DNA of 64,000 nt from Bacillota bacterium (GCA_012842395.1 DUSX01000029.1:109-64108), one strand, 5' to 3'. Positions 1 through 11,040 are shown, numbered from the stretch's first letter. Notes: generated by a model from the sequence alone, not told the origin. Made by a program: numbers and translations.

Positions 1-1
1 C

Positions 2-835
2 ACCCTCGGCGACGCGGAGCGGACTGCGATCACAGACCAGATCAAAGCCCTGTTAGAGGAGATCAACACCATAGTCGACGAGACTGAGTGGAACGGGCAA
101 AAACTGATTGCGGGAGGCAAGACGTTCAACTTCCAAACCGGCTTCCAGGCCACTGCAAACACGGGAGTCAACATGGAGGACGGCCACAAAGCAGAAGACC
201 TACAGGTTGCGCTCGGCCAAGTTTTCGACCGAGCAGTCGATCTGCTGGATGATCTTCCTACGAGTCTAGTAAGCAGCATTGCCCCGGCCAACACTGTGTC
301 GGCCACGGAGCTCGAGTCCGGCGAGTACAGCATCGAAGTTGCTTGGGATGGCAGCACAACGGGTACAATCGCGATCAAGGACAGTGTTGGCACTATCGCA
401 TATTCGACCACGTTCGCCTCAACCGCGACCGAGGTGGATACGGGTGTCGGCATAAAGATTACGCTTGCGAGTGCCTTGCCCACAGAGGCGGCCAAGGGCG
501 AGTTTGGGGTCTTCTACACGAAGCAAGACAGCGCAAACTCGGTCTCTTCGCACAATGACGCGACTGCATACATGCGGAGGGTCGATGCGGCTATACAGAC
601 GGTTAGCGCTAGTGTCAAAGATATCGGTGCGATCGTGTCCCGTCTCACGTTTAAAGAGGAAAACCTTACGGTTGCCAAGACCAACACGGAGGCCGCATAC
701 AACCGTATCATGAACGCCGACATTGCGGCCGAGCAGCTCGAAGCGATGAAGTACCAGATCCTGCAGCAAACGGCCACCGCAATGCTGGCGCAGGCGAACG
801 TGGCGCCGCAGGCGGTGCTGGGTCTGTTCAGGTAG
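2..835 (+). CDS. fliC: Flagellin, 5'-truncated at window edge
   Basis: Frame 2 is open from nt 2 and reads a D1-type flagellin segment (TLGDAERTAITDQIKALLEEINTIVDETEWNGQKLIAGG...). The C-terminus is the conserved flagellin D0 helix (...QILQQTATAMLAQANVAPQAVLGLFR). Confidence 0.85.
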   Translation, partial: TLGDAERTAITDQIKALLEEINTIVDETEWNGQKLIAGGKTFNFQTGFQATANTGVNMEDGHKAEDLQVALGQVFDRAVDLLDDLPTSLVSSIAPANTVSATELESGEYSIEVAWDGSTTGTIAIKDSVGTIAYSTTFASTATEVDTGVGIKITLASALPTEAAKGEFGVFYTKQDSANSVSSHNDATAYMRRVDAAIQTVSASVKDIGAIVSRLTFKEENLTVAKTNTEAAYNRIMNADIAAEQLEAMKYQILQQTATAMLAQANVAPQAVLGLFR

Positions 836-1147
836 TTCGCGTAATTCGGACGGGACATCCGGTTCTGGCCCGTCCGTAGCGCGTTGCTGGCCCGTGGGGG
901 GCTTCCCCCCACGGGCGTCCCCTGGGGTCAAGTGGAGCGGGGCGGAAGGCGCGTGGGCGAAGCGAGACGGCACGGTGCCCGCAGGATGCCGCCGCGCCGC
1001 CGAGCCGCGGTCTCGCCCTGGGCCCGGCAACACTGGGCACGGCGGTCTCGGCACCGGGTCGCTTATAGGAATCCACTCAGCCGGGACCGAGCGACGCGCA
1101 GGACACGCAAGACGGGAATGGCCCGGTGCCGACTGGAGGTTGCGCTG

Positions 1148-1579
1148 ATGAACGCCGAACTTGGTGTGCTGCAGGCGACGAGCGAGTATAGGGGCCACGG
1201 GGCGTACGACGCTTACCGGGCTCAGCGCGTGCTCTCGGCAAGCCCCGAGGAGCTTGTGCTGATGGTGTACGACCATGTCATCGCGAGTTGCAGAGCGAAA
1301 GACAAGAAAAAGGCGTCCGCCGGCATCGCGACCCTTATCGATGGCTTGGACCTCGATCAGGGCGAGATCGCTGCGGGACTGTTTCGACTTTATAGATACG
1401 CGATGGAGAGGGTTTGGGAGGGGAAGTTCGACGAGGCACTTTCTGTGATGCGCCCGCTCCGGGAGACCTGGGCCACGGCTGTGGCCGCCACTAAGGGTAA
1501 TAGGGGTGCGCCCAACCCCGTTGGCTTGAGCGCGGTCGCAACTGGGCCGGAGAGGGTGGGCGCCTCGGCCACGAGGTGA
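1148..1579 (+). CDS. fliS: Flagellar export chaperone FliS
   Basis: Motif LSASPEELVLMVYDHVIASCRAKDKKKASAGIATLIDGLDLDQGEIAAGLFRLYRYA is typical of FliS. The ATG lies in frame inside ORF 884..1579, and the gene sits in fliC-flaG-fliD context. Confidence 0.8.
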   Translation: MNAELGVLQATSEYRGHGAYDAYRAQRVLSASPEELVLMVYDHVIASCRAKDKKKASAGIATLIDGLDLDQGEIAAGLFRLYRYAMERVWEGKFDEALSVMRPLRETWATAVAATKGNRGAPNPVGLSAVATGPERVGASATR

Positions 1580-1585
1580 TCCCGC

Positions 1586-2029
1586 GTGGAAGTCACAGTT
1601 GCTGAGGTCAGGCTGAGGAACCTGGATATGCTCGCAAATGCTCAGGCGCGTCACGTGATGCCGCGCCTTGGGCGCGTACCGGATGATCCGGCCCAGCGGG
1701 CGGCAGCGCATGCCGCACGCCCGCACGACGCGTCAGGAAACCTGCGCGAAGTGCAAACCAGGGCCGCCGCGGAAGCCGAGGCCGAGGCCGAAGCAGAGCG
1801 CATCCGCGAGGAGCAGGAGCGCGCCGAGCGCATCGCCCGCCTCCTCGCCGAAGGCGTCGTGAACATCCGGATCACGTTTCACGTGGACAACGACACTGGG
1901 GACGTGACCATCAAGGTGATCGACAACGCCACGGGCGAGGTTGTGCGGTACATCCCTCCCGAGGAACTCGCCATGATGATGGACCACCTAAAAGAGTTCG
2001 CAGGCCTTGTTGTGGATAGGAAGCGGTGA
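1586..2029 (+). CDS. flaG: Flagellar protein FlaG
   Basis: C-terminal NIRITFHVDNDTGDVTIKVIDNATGEVVRYIPPEE matches the FlaG signature. It lies between fliS and fliD and contains a (GAGGCC)n Glu-Ala repeat. Confidence 0.7.
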   Translation: MEVTVAEVRLRNLDMLANAQARHVMPRLGRVPDDPAQRAAAHAARPHDASGNLREVQTRAAAEAEAEAEAERIREEQERAERIARLLAEGVVNIRITFHVDNDTGDVTIKVIDNATGEVVRYIPPEELAMMMDHLKEFAGLVVDRKR

Positions 2030-2094
2030 CGTATAGCGACGGCAGGAGAGCGGTGCATGGATCCCAGATGGGTCCCAAGCGGAGGTGATCACTG

Positions 2095-3555
2095 GTGAGC
2101 CTCGGGGTGCAACTTCTCACGACAAGCTCAAGCGCCAGCCAGCTTGAAGAGCTCATCAAGGCATACATGGCGGTCGAGTCGAAGCCCGTCGACGACCTCA
2201 AGGCCGCGAAGGAAGCGCTCGCCACGAAGGCCGCGATGTTTCGAGACCTCAACTCCTCACTCCTCGCGCTGAAAAACGTGGCACTCGACCTTCTTCCTGA
2301 GGACCTGACATCGCTGTACGATGCCCGGGCCGCGGTTTCGAGCAACGCTGACGTGGTCGCGGCCAAGGCCGCCACTTCGGCGGCCCAGGCGACCTACAGC
2401 ATCTTCGTGGAGAGGCTCGCAAGCTACGATGTGGTCGTGTCGGACAGGTTCGCTAGCACCGGCGCGGAGGTCTCGCAGGCGGCCGGTGAAGGCACCAAGA
2501 CCTTCACTGTGGCCGTTGGCGCCGCCTCCTGGGACATCACCGTCCAGGTGGAGGCCGGGCAGGACAACGCCACCGTGCTCGCGAACATGGCCGCGGCCAT
2601 CAATGCATCAGGTGCAAGCGCCGCGGTCAGTGCCGCGGTCGTGAGCGAACAGGCGGGCGCCTCGCGCCTCGTGATCACAGCCAGGTCCACGGGGAGCACA
2701 AGCGCGGTAACCCTTTCGGAGACGGGCGACGCCAACAACCTTCTTGCCGCGTCCGGCACGAGCTCATCGGTCCAGGCGACGAGCACAGAGGGCGGCTACC
2801 TCGCGGCCCGCGACACGCTCGACGCCAGGTTCACGCTGAACGGCCTCTCGCTCGTCCGGTCCTCCAACGAGGTCTCCGACGCGATCTCCGGGGTCACCCT
2901 CACGCTCAAGAAGGCGCAGGCAGCCGGAGATGCCCCGGTGAGCGTCGAGGTCAAACGCGACACGAGCGCGCTGAAGACCAAGATAAAGGCGTTCATTTCC
3001 AGTTACAACTCGACCGTCAAGTATCTCAACAACAAGACCCTCGTGGACCCGGACGCCGGTATCCGCGGGGACCTGGCGGGCGATGCGACCTATCTCGATT
3101 TGAAAGTGAGGATGAACCGCGCCGTCCAGGAGAGGGTCGACTGCCTTGCCTACCCGGATCCTACGAGGCTTTACGATGTCGGCATAACCCTTGACAGGTC
3201 TGGCAGTCTCACGTTGACCGACGAGGCCAAGCTCGACAAGGCGCTTCAAGATAGCCCGGGGGCTGTGCGCGACCTCTTTGCATCGGCGAGCGGAGTTGCC
3301 GTGAAGGTGCGCGACCTCATGGAGCCGTTCGTGGACGAACTAACCGGCATCATCGCGCGGCAACAGCAGTCCATCACCAACCAGATGAGCCGGATCGACT
3401 CGAGGGTGAAAGATCTGGAGGAGCGGCTGGCCATTCGCGAGAAAGCCCTCCGCGAGGAGTTTTCGTCGCTCATCCAGGCGATGCAGCTTATGAGCACGCA
3501 GAGCGCGCTCATCAACACGTTTATGACTCAGGCTAACGCGCTGCTTGCGTACTAG
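2095..3555 (+). CDS. fliD: Flagellar filament cap protein FliD
   Basis: 486 aa with N- and C-terminal coiled-coil regions, Ser/Thr/Ala-rich N-terminus and a long central domain. Position after fliS/flaG fits. GTG start. Confidence 0.75.
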   Translation: MSLGVQLLTTSSSASQLEELIKAYMAVESKPVDDLKAAKEALATKAAMFRDLNSSLLALKNVALDLLPEDLTSLYDARAAVSSNADVVAAKAATSAAQATYSIFVERLASYDVVVSDRFASTGAEVSQAAGEGTKTFTVAVGAASWDITVQVEAGQDNATVLANMAAAINASGASAAVSAAVVSEQAGASRLVITARSTGSTSAVTLSETGDANNLLAASGTSSSVQATSTEGGYLAARDTLDARFTLNGLSLVRSSNEVSDAISGVTLTLKKAQAAGDAPVSVEVKRDTSALKTKIKAFISSYNSTVKYLNNKTLVDPDAGIRGDLAGDATYLDLKVRMNRAVQERVDCLAYPDPTRLYDVGITLDRSGSLTLTDEAKLDKALQDSPGAVRDLFASASGVAVKVRDLMEPFVDELTGIIARQQQSITNQMSRIDSRVKDLEERLAIREKALREEFSSLIQAMQLMSTQSALINTFMTQANALLAY

Positions 3556-3943
3556 TGTAATGCGTAGTATTACAAGCTTGTTAGCTTGTTACACAGTTAT
3601 CTGTTTTGGCGGTTCTCCGGCGGATTCGGGGCCCCGCGCCTCGCCGCAGGCCCGCGGTTTGACTCCTGAGGCCTGGGCACTGGCGCCGGCCGCAGGCAGT
3701 AGGGTGGGTGATCGCTGGCGGGTGCGGGAGGGCGCGCGAGACACGCGAAGCGCAAGCGTGCGGCGAGCGCGGGGCCCCGCGCGGGGGAATACGGCACAGT
3801 GTGGCGGCGCAGGCCGCGCGGCGTTCAAGTGGGGGTCACCCAGAATGTGCTGGGCAGATGTCGTGTACCGAGCGGAGGCGCGGCGTAAACGGTTCGGTGG
3901 CGGTGCGCAGCAACCTTAAGAGGGCGAGGGGGGAGCGCGCGGG

Positions 3944-4483
3944 TTGGACAAGAGAGACGTGCGCGAGCGGACAGCGGCAGAGCTCGCCGAAAGCTACGAG
4001 CGGGAGGCCCTCCTCCTCGAGAAGGTCGTCCAGCACACGAAGCGCGAGATAGAGCTCATCGCCGCCGGGGATTATGCCGCCCTGTGCGATTCCCTGGCTG
4101 GACGGGGCGGCCACGTCGAAGAGATCGCGAGGCTCGAGGCCCGCCGCCGCGAGCTGGAGGGCGAGCTCTCCGGGCTCCCGGGTGGCTTGACGTCCGAGAG
4201 TGGTCGCCGGCCTGGTCGCGGGTCGGCACAGCTCTCGTCCGGAGCGGCAGCACTGCAGGAGGCTCTCGCGGATCCCCGTGTGGAGGAGGCCCGCCGCAAG
4301 GCGGCAGCCATGCACCGCCAGGCGCTTGAGCTCGATGCCCAGCTGCGGGAGATGGCTCGCGCCCGGAGGGCGGACATGGAGTCGAGGCTGGTCGGGCTGG
4401 TCCAGGGGCGGACGGCAAGCCACGCGTACAACGGGCATGGGCGGGGGAAACCCGTGCCGAGGTTCGTCGACAAGGAACGGTGA
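3944..4483 (+). CDS. Hypothetical protein, possible FlgN/FliT-like flagellar chaperone
   Basis: 179 aa, helical, Glu/Leu/Arg-rich (LAESYEREALLLEKVVQHTKREIELIAAGDY...). It sits immediately downstream of fliD, where fliT/flgN-type chaperones usually lie. No diagnostic motif. Confidence 0.35.
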   Translation: MDKRDVRERTAAELAESYEREALLLEKVVQHTKREIELIAAGDYAALCDSLAGRGGHVEEIARLEARRRELEGELSGLPGGLTSESGRRPGRGSAQLSSGAAALQEALADPRVEEARRKAAAMHRQALELDAQLREMARARRADMESRLVGLVQGRTASHAYNGHGRGKPVPRFVDKER

Positions 4484-4691
4484 GGAGCTCCAGCGCATCC
4501 ACGCATTCACCAACCCACTCGCCACCTACGCGTTGGGCAACCCATTGGTTAGCCCATCCATTTTCCCGCCGGTCGCGCCATGTGTTCCCTATCGTAAGAA
4601 GGATATTCCATCCTGATGTCGAAGAACGCACAAATGACGCGAACCTCCATGACGCGGGAGCACGCGTAGCTGTCACCCGGGGCGGGGTGAT

Positions 4692-6230
4692 TTGAGGGTG
4701 GTCTACAGGGTCCTCATCGTCGACGACGAACCTAACATGAGAGCCGTGCTATCCGACGTCCTGGCCGAGGAAGGGTACGAGGTGGCGGTCGCGCGTGACG
4801 GCGCCGAGTGCCTCGCCAAGGTCGGGCCCGGCGATTTCCACGTGGTCGTCCTCGATCTCAAGCTTCCAGACACCAGCGGCATCGACGTGCTCCGCGAGAT
4901 CAAGGCGCGTTCGCCGGAGAGCGTGGTGATCATGATCACCGCGTTCTCTTCGGTCGACACCGCCATCGAGGCCATGAAGTGTGGCGCCTATGACTACATA
5001 ACCAAACCGTTCAAGATCGAGAACTTCAAGATGGTCGTAAGGAGCGCCCTGGAGCTCGGGGCGTCTTTCTCCCGTGCCCCACGCCGGCAGCCGCTCCGCG
5101 CCAAGAGCGAGTTCGGGATGATCGGCTCCACCCCAGAGATGCAGCGGATCTTCAGCATGATCGACGAGATCGCTCCGACCAACGCGACGGTCCTCATTTT
5201 CGGCGAGAGCGGCACCGGAAAGGAACTCCTTGCAAGGGCCATCCACAATTGCAGCCACAGGGCGGACAAGCCCTTCGTGAAAGTCAACTGCGCGGCCGTC
5301 CCCGAGAGCCTGCTGGAATCGGAGCTCTTTGGTCACGAGCGAGGGGCCTTCACCTCGGCCGTCACGAGGCGGCTGGGCCGGTTCGAGGTGGCCGACACGG
5401 GCACGATCTTCCTCGATGAGATCGGCGAGATGAGCCCAGCGATGCAGGCCAAGCTCCTGAGGGTTACGCAGGAAAAGGAGTTCGAGCGCGTCGGGAGCTC
5501 GCAGACTATCCGGGTCGATGTGCGCATCATCGCCGCCACGAACCAAGACCTCAAAGAGAAGGTCGCCCGGGGCGAGTTCAGGGAAGACCTGTACTATCGT
5601 CTGAGCGTGATCCCGATTTACCTGCCGCCGCTGCGCGAGCGCAAGGCCGACATCCCACTCCTGGTTGAGAAATTCATCGCATATTACAGCGAAACAGTCG
5701 GGAAAACCGTGACGCGCGTCTCGGAAAAGGCCATGAAAATGCTCATGGATTACGACTGGCCCGGGAACGTGCGTGAGCTTGAGAATTGCATCGAGCGGGC
5801 GATCATCTTTGCCAAGGGTCCCGTTATCGATGAGGACAACCTTTTCATCGGGGCGCCTGCTGTGAACGTGCCGGCATCGGCGGCGACATCGCCCGCGTGG
5901 CACGAGGCGCGGGTCGCGCCCCAGGTCGTGGCGGCGACAGCGGCAGCGGCGACGGCAGCGGTGACAGGCGTGGCGGCGGGAGAGATGCCCGCTGGAGTAG
6001 CAGGGGCGGTGGGCAATTACTATGGACGAGGGTCGTCCGGCGTGGTGGCGACGGGGCGCGCTGAGCCGGGCGGCGCGGGCAGGCCCATGTCAATGAAGGA
6101 AGTCGAAAAGGCTCACATCATACGGGTGTTGCAGCAGACGAACAGCAACCGCACCGAGGCTGCGAGGATCCTTCAGATCAGCCGGAGGACGCTTCTGAAC
6201 AAGATCAAGGAATACGGGATAGCTGAATAG
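4692..6230 (+). CDS. Sigma-54-dependent response regulator (NtrC family)
   Basis: Receiver domain ([13 protein letters not shown]...[13 protein letters not shown]). AAA+ sigma54-activator domain ([21 protein letters not shown]). C-terminal Fis-type HTH ([24 protein letters not shown]). TTG start. Ala/Gly-rich low-complexity insert before the HTH. Confidence 0.85.
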   Translation: MRVVYRVLIVDDEPNMRAVLSDVLAEEGYEVAVARDGAECLAKVGPGDFHVVVLDLKLPDTSGIDVLREIKARSPESVVIMITAFSSVDTAIEAMKCGAYDYITKPFKIENFKMVVRSALELGASFSRAPRRQPLRAKSEFGMIGSTPEMQRIFSMIDEIAPTNATVLIFGESGTGKELLARAIHNCSHRADKPFVKVNCAAVPESLLESELFGHERGAFTSAVTRRLGRFEVADTGTIFLDEIGEMSPAMQAKLLRVTQEKEFERVGSSQTIRVDVRIIAATNQDLKEKVARGEFREDLYYRLSVIPIYLPPLRERKADIPLLVEKFIAYYSETVGKTVTRVSEKAMKMLMDYDWPGNVRELENCIERAIIFAKGPVIDEDNLFIGAPAVNVPASAATSPAWHEARVAPQVVAATAAAATAAVTGVAAGEMPAGVAGAVGNYYGRGSSGVVATGRAEPGGAGRPMSMKEVEKAHIIRVLQQTNSNRTEAARILQISRRTLLNKIKEYGIAE

Positions 6231-6304
6231 CGGCGCCAGTGCGGCGCCAATAGTGCGGCCGCCCTGGGTGGTTCCGGTGGCGGCTTGCTTCGGGGTGTTG
6301 TCTC

Positions 6305-8332
6305 GTGGCTAGTGCTTGGGTGGATGCGGCGCTCGCCGCCATGAGCGCGGGGGCGCTGGCATTTGCTTATTGGGAAAGGCGCACGGCACGGCGCAAGGTC
6401 GCAGAGGCAAGGGAGCAACTCGCGTCCATGCGCGAATTCGTGTCAGGGCTTGCCGAGAACGACCTCACCCTTCAGAAAGAGCTCGTAGCCGCCAATGCCG
6501 AGCTCAACAGGCGGGTCCTGCAGCTTGCGAGCCTGTTCGAGGTCGGCAAGGAGCTCATGTCCATCCGCAGGCCCGATGAGGTCCTGAACCGTATCGCGGT
6601 GATCGCGTGCCGGCTCGTCCCGTCCCAGGGGTGCGCCATCCGCATCCTAAGCCGCGACAAGACGCGCCTCGTCCTGAAAAGCCATTACGGGCTGTCTCCC
6701 GAATTCGTGGAGAGAAGCGGGTCTGTTCCCGTCGAGGGGAGCTCGCTCGGGCAGGTGGTTCGGCTCGGGAAGCCGCTTGCAGGTGTGGATGGGGCGGGCG
6801 AGGCAAGCACGTATTTCGAAGACTTGGGCAAGGACGGGATGACCTTCGCGCTCTCGGTGCCGCTCGCCGTGCGTGGCGAGGTAACAGGCGTCCTCACTGT
6901 GTACACGCCCAGCATTCACGAGCGGACGCGCGACGAGATCAAGTTCCTCACGATCCTTGCGGCATACGCTTCCGCGGCGCTCGAGAACGCTGAACTATAC
7001 GCCGACCTCGATGAGGCCAACAGGGAGCTCTCGGCGTTGAAGGAGTACAACGAGAGCATCATCGAAAGCCTGACCATAGGGCTTGCCGTGGTGGACAGGG
7101 ACTTAGTCGTCACCACCTGGAACAGCGGCATGCAGGCCATCACCGGCATTCCCGCCGAGGCGGCGCTTGGGAGGAAGTACTTCGAGCTCCTGCCCGAACA
7201 AGCGCAAGAAGGCCTCTGGGACATCCTGAAGGAGGTCTTGGAGGACGGAGAGACCCTGGAAAGCGACGAGATGAGGCAGCACGCGCCGGACGGCAGGGAG
7301 TACGTGGTGTCGTGCAGGGTGTGCCCGCTCGTGAGCACGCCGGACGGTGAGGACGCTACGAACGCTGCGAACGCTATGGACGCTGCGCACGCTGCGGACG
7401 GCCCGGCGGGATCGCGCGAGTCGGCGAAGTCGGCGAACTCTGCAAAGTCGGCGGAGCCCGTGGGGTCGGTGGAGGCGGCGGGGTCGACGGAGGCTGACCG
7501 CGGCGGAGGAGGCGGGCGCGTAAAGGGCGCCATCATCGTGGCGGAGGATGTGACCGTGCGAGTCAGCCTTGGTGAGCGGCTGCGGAGGGCTGAGCGTCTC
7601 AAGGCCGTGGGCGAGTTTGCGGCCGGCATCGCGCACGAGATAAACAACCCGATCGGCATCATATCCGCCTGCGCCGAGCATCTCGCGGACAAGATCTCGA
7701 GGTCTGTGGATTCGCCCAATGAGTATCTGAAGCCGCTCCGGGCCATTGAAGAGGAAGCCGCCCGCTGCTCTGGAATAGTCAAGAATCTAACGGTGTTCTC
7801 GCGCCATCAGGAGATGCACCTACGGCCCACGGACGTGCGACGGGTCGTCGAGGACACGGTCTACCTCCTGGAGCATCAGGCAGCCGCGGCTGGCGTGAGG
7901 ATACAGGTCGAAGGAGAGACGGCGGAGCTTCCGCCGGTCATGGCGGACGAAGGCCAGCTCAAACAGGTGTTTATTAACCTCGCGGTGAACGCTATACAAG
8001 CGATGCCGTCTGGTGGAGTCCTCAAGGTGCGGCTCGGTGTCGACCACCGGCGCCTCGGCACAGGCAGGTCCCCCGCGCGTGGCGCGGGCGCAGCGGGTGG
8101 GGGGCGCGGCTACGTGTGGGTGGAGTTCGCGGACACCGGGGTTGGCATACCTCGTGAGAACCTCTCTAAAATCTTCACGCCGTTCTTCACTACTCGGACC
8201 AGCGGGGTCGGCCTTGGCCTTGCCGTGAGCCACGGCATCGTCGAGGCCCACGGGGGCACGATCTCCGTGGAAAGCAGGGAGGGCGAAGGCAGCACCTTTA
8301 CGGTGCGGCTCCCAGTCGCGAGGCAGCGGTAG
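6305..8332 (+). CDS. Sensor histidine kinase with TM, GAF and PAS domains
   Basis: N-terminal TM helix, coiled coil, GAF and PAS-like segments. H-box [10 protein letters not shown] and HATPase_c ([37 protein letters not shown]). Immediately downstream of the sigma54 regulator. Confidence 0.85.
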   Translation: MASAWVDAALAAMSAGALAFAYWERRTARRKVAEAREQLASMREFVSGLAENDLTLQKELVAANAELNRRVLQLASLFEVGKELMSIRRPDEVLNRIAVIACRLVPSQGCAIRILSRDKTRLVLKSHYGLSPEFVERSGSVPVEGSSLGQVVRLGKPLAGVDGAGEASTYFEDLGKDGMTFALSVPLAVRGEVTGVLTVYTPSIHERTRDEIKFLTILAAYASAALENAELYADLDEANRELSALKEYNESIIESLTIGLAVVDRDLVVTTWNSGMQAITGIPAEAALGRKYFELLPEQAQEGLWDILKEVLEDGETLESDEMRQHAPDGREYVVSCRVCPLVSTPDGEDATNAANAMDAAHAADGPAGSRESAKSANSAKSAEPVGSVEAAGSTEADRGGGGGRVKGAIIVAEDVTVRVSLGERLRRAERLKAVGEFAAGIAHEINNPIGIISACAEHLADKISRSVDSPNEYLKPLRAIEEEAARCSGIVKNLTVFSRHQEMHLRPTDVRRVVEDTVYLLEHQAAAAGVRIQVEGETAELPPVMADEGQLKQVFINLAVNAIQAMPSGGVLKVRLGVDHRRLGTGRSPARGAGAAGGGRGYVWVEFADTGVGIPRENLSKIFTPFFTTRTSGVGLGLAVSHGIVEAHGGTISVESREGEGSTFTVRLPVARQR

Positions 8333-8816
8333 GCAAGCGGCCAGCAAAGCAAGCCACGACGGGTCTTCCCCGTCGCCATGGAGAGGCTCAAGGATCTCGG
8401 GGCCGCCGGCGCGCTTCGCCAACATCTTGCTCGTCAGGTCAATAGCAGGATTCTGACACCCATCGTGCAATCACCAGCAAGCCATCCTGAACAATCGGAC
8501 GGAAGACGTCAGGAACGGGCGAGGAAGGAACTTGTGTCGCGTGTCACGTCCGCGGCCTGAAGGTTGATATGCTGAATCAGTCCTGACGGGCGCGTGATGT
8601 GCGTCACCCGTGGCACGCAACTCGTGGGGCGTCACTCGTGGTGCGTGGTGCGCGATGCGCGGTACGCGCGGGGCGGCACACCTGTGCAGCGAGTGTGCCT
8701 GCGGACGTGCATGCCAAAGCGCACGGGTGCAGGAATTCTGCGGCCAGGGAAGAATAGACGCTGAAGATGCGGCTGCTTTTGGAAAGGCACACCTGTGGAG
8801 GAGGCACATCGGAGAA

Positions 8817-10289
8817 ATGGACGCACATACGCCGAAGGGTGAACCTAGCACACCTGCGCCCAAGGAGCTCGCCATACCTGCGCTTAACGGGCTCGCGGGG
8901 CGCTCGGCCGAGGAAGTAGAGCTCATTCTCGTCAAGGCCGCCCGAAGCGCGCAGGCGGCCGCGGTGCCCGGCCTGGAACAGCTTGCGACCGGTGATGACC
9001 TTCGCCTCGCCCAGGCGGCGGTGCGGGCCCTCGGTGAAGTGCGAGATGAATCGGCCGTGCGGGTGCTGACGGAGATTCGTGAGTCGGCTCAGGATAAAGC
9101 TGTGCGCAAAGAGGCCGGCCGGTCGTTGCATAGACTGAGGTCTGCGGGGGTGTATGTCGCCGAGGAACTTACCCCGGTCCGCGAGCGCGTGCCGGCAATT
9201 GCGGCGCCGCCCGGGAGGGTCGAGGGCGCGTTCGCTGGGTACTATGATTGGACCGGGACGCGCTTGCTCGCCACCCACGTGTGGGCGCCCGGCGAGGGCA
9301 GGGCATTCATCGCATGGCTCCTCAAAGAGGACGAGGGAATCGACGACTGCCGCGTATTTCGAGGCAGCAAGCGAAAGCTTTACGAAGTGGCGAGCGACCT
9401 CGTGGGCGAGACGAAGCTTACAGAGATCGACACTGAGCACGCGCGCTTCCTGATGAAAGAGGCTGGCGAGATCGGGCGACGAGTCGGGAGGGAGATGCCC
9501 CAAGGGTATTCATTGTACAGTGCTGCGGTCAAGAACCTGCCTCCGCCGCCCGCTCGGCCGATCATCTACGAGAAGATGGACGCTGACGATGTAAGGCGCG
9601 ACGTTGCAGCATTGCGCGATTCTGGGCGACTCCTCAGCCTTCGGTCTGCGTGCTCGTGGGCGTTCGCCGAGGACAAGGCGAAGCCATACTGGGCGAGAGC
9701 TCTAGCAATCGCTGATAGCGTCATTTACACGAGCGAGGCTGTGCAGAGTGAGCGCCTGCGCGCAGTGGTCGAGGATGCCATGCAAGCCTTGTTTACGCCC
9801 GAGGTTGCACGGAAGTACCAGCGGCGCCTGGAGGAGACGGCATATTTGCTGCTTCTGAAGGGCCGGGAGAAGCCCGCGCGTTCGGCATTCGCCGCTGCGA
9901 TTGCCATCGCCGACGGGAAACCACCCCGCGACATACCATTCGTGGAGGCGCTCGTGGCAACGAGCATCGGCGTCGTGCTTGACGACACGTCCGAGGCGAG
10001 GAGGCTGCGGGGGGCACAGGCCGAAGCTGAGCGCGATGAGGGTGGGCGGCGGCTCATCGTGACCCCTGCTTTCGGGGGCGCGACCACCGCGGGCGCGGCG
10101 GGCGAGACTCTCGATGTGGATAGGGAAGACGATTGGAGAGCGAGCTGGCGGGGCCGCGACCGTGACGAGGATTGGGAAGAAGCGGAGGAGATGGACGAGG
10201 CCTGGCCGGGTGAGGACGTTGGCACAGGCGGCGGCGAGGGTCGTGGGGTGGGCCGGTCGATCATCATAGATCCGCGTGACCTACGCTAG
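8817..10289 (+). CDS. Hypothetical protein with HEAT-like repeats and acidic C-terminus
   Basis: ORF 8610..10289. Start chosen at the ATG preceded by GGAGGAGG...GGAGAA. Helical repeats of the AVRALGEVRDESAVRVLTEI type. C-terminus DEDWEEAEEMDEAW. No recognisable catalytic motif. Confidence 0.5.
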   Translation: MDAHTPKGEPSTPAPKELAIPALNGLAGRSAEEVELILVKAARSAQAAAVPGLEQLATGDDLRLAQAAVRALGEVRDESAVRVLTEIRESAQDKAVRKEAGRSLHRLRSAGVYVAEELTPVRERVPAIAAPPGRVEGAFAGYYDWTGTRLLATHVWAPGEGRAFIAWLLKEDEGIDDCRVFRGSKRKLYEVASDLVGETKLTEIDTEHARFLMKEAGEIGRRVGREMPQGYSLYSAAVKNLPPPPARPIIYEKMDADDVRRDVAALRDSGRLLSLRSACSWAFAEDKAKPYWARALAIADSVIYTSEAVQSERLRAVVEDAMQALFTPEVARKYQRRLEETAYLLLLKGREKPARSAFAAAIAIADGKPPRDIPFVEALVATSIGVVLDDTSEARRLRGAQAEAERDEGGRRLIVTPAFGGATTAGAAGETLDVDREDDWRASWRGRDRDEDWEEAEEMDEAWPGEDVGTGGGEGRGVGRSIIIDPRDLR

Positions 10290-10368
10290 ATGCGTTGACA
10301 AGGCTGTTCGGCTTCTTGGTGCATGGGAATCTTACCCGTGCGCTCGCTGTGCAGAGGGGAATCATCAC

Positions 10369-11040
10369 GTGAAAATCGTAGTCGGCTCAACGAATCCAGT
10401 AAAGGTCCGGGCGGTTCGCAGGGTGTTTACCCGGGCCTTTCGGGATAAGAACGTCAAGATCGAGGTTGAAGGCGTCAATGTGGACCTGGGCCTACCGGAC
10501 CAGCCCCTGGGCGATGACGAGACCCGGAGGTGTGCCGTTGCCCGCGCCGCGCACGTCCTTGCGACCACCGACGCAGACGTCGGCGTGGGCCTCGAAGGCG
10601 GAGTTGCGTTTGAAGGCGCCGGAGGCTGGCAGTTAAGGGGAGGGCGCGATGCTGGGGCCGCGGCCGATGAGGCGGCGCTTGAAGCAAGTGAGACGTGTGA
10701 AGCCCATCTCATAGGGTGGTGCGCCATAGCTACGCGCGACGGGGTCCTCTCGGTGGCGCACGGCGCCTCGATGCCTCTGCCTCCGGCTGTGGGGAGCGAG
10801 GTGGCGGCCGGACGCGAGCTCGGCCCGGTGATGGACGAGCTCACGGGGGTACACAACTCCAAACAGAAGCTGGGCGCAATAGGCTACTTCACATGTGGGC
10901 TGCTTCCCCGCCAGAGGTCTTGGGAGTACACGATAACGTGTGCTCTGGTGAAGCTCCTTCGCCCCGAACACTACCGCCACCGCCCCGGGCACCACGGCGA
11001 GGCTAGTGGTCTGGCGGGGCAGGATAGGCGATCGAGCTAG
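10369..11040 (+). CDS. Inosine/xanthosine triphosphatase, YjjX-like (Maf/Ham1 superfamily)
   Basis: VKIVVGSTNPVKV...GLPDQPLGDDETRRCAVARAAHVL...LGPVMDELTGVHNSKQKLGAIGYFTCGLL matches YjjX motifs. GTG start with AGAGGGG RBS. About 60 aa Gly/Ala-rich internal insertion. Confidence 0.7.
   Translation: MKIVVGSTNPVKVRAVRRVFTRAFRDKNVKIEVEGVNVDLGLPDQPLGDDETRRCAVARAAHVLATTDADVGVGLEGGVAFEGAGGWQLRGGRDAGAAADEAALEASETCEAHLIGWCAIATRDGVLSVAHGASMPLPPAVGSEVAAGRELGPVMDELTGVHNSKQKLGAIGYFTCGLLPRQRSWEYTITCALVKLLRPEHYRHRPGHHGEASGLAGQDRRSS

Noticed and set aside
419-1726. 435-aa minus-strand ORF overlapping flagellin and fliS
   Set aside because: It is antisense to two genes with clear flagellar homology. The protein is Arg/Pro/Gly-rich low complexity, typical of GC-rich artefact frames.
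1769-1795. GAGGCC hexanucleotide repeat in flaG, considered as a possible CRISPR or spacer array
   Set aside because: It is in-frame coding for (EA)n within FlaG. No repeat-spacer architecture or cas genes are present, and there is no CRISPR in the window.
3836-4676. Minus-strand ORFs (229 aa, 206 aa, 144 aa) overlapping the FlgN-like plus-strand ORF
   Set aside because: They are low-complexity Arg/Pro/Ala-rich translations. The plus-strand ORF fits the fliD-downstream chaperone context better, although that call is itself weak.
4749-5903. 384-aa minus-strand ORF inside the sigma54 response regulator
   Set aside because: It is antisense to a gene with unambiguous receiver/AAA+/HTH motifs and has no motifs of its own.
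6916-7782. 288-aa and 192-aa minus-strand ORFs inside the histidine kinase
   Set aside because: They are antisense to the HK with H-box and ATPase motifs. Ser/Ala/Arg-rich artefacts.
8610-8816. N-terminal 69 codons of ORF 8610..10289 (Cys/Arg-rich MARNSWGVTRGAWCAMRG...)
   Set aside because: There is no RBS at 8610. A strong GGAGGAGG...GGAGAA-ATG start at 8817 precedes the HEAT-like body, so the upstream part is treated as untranslated.
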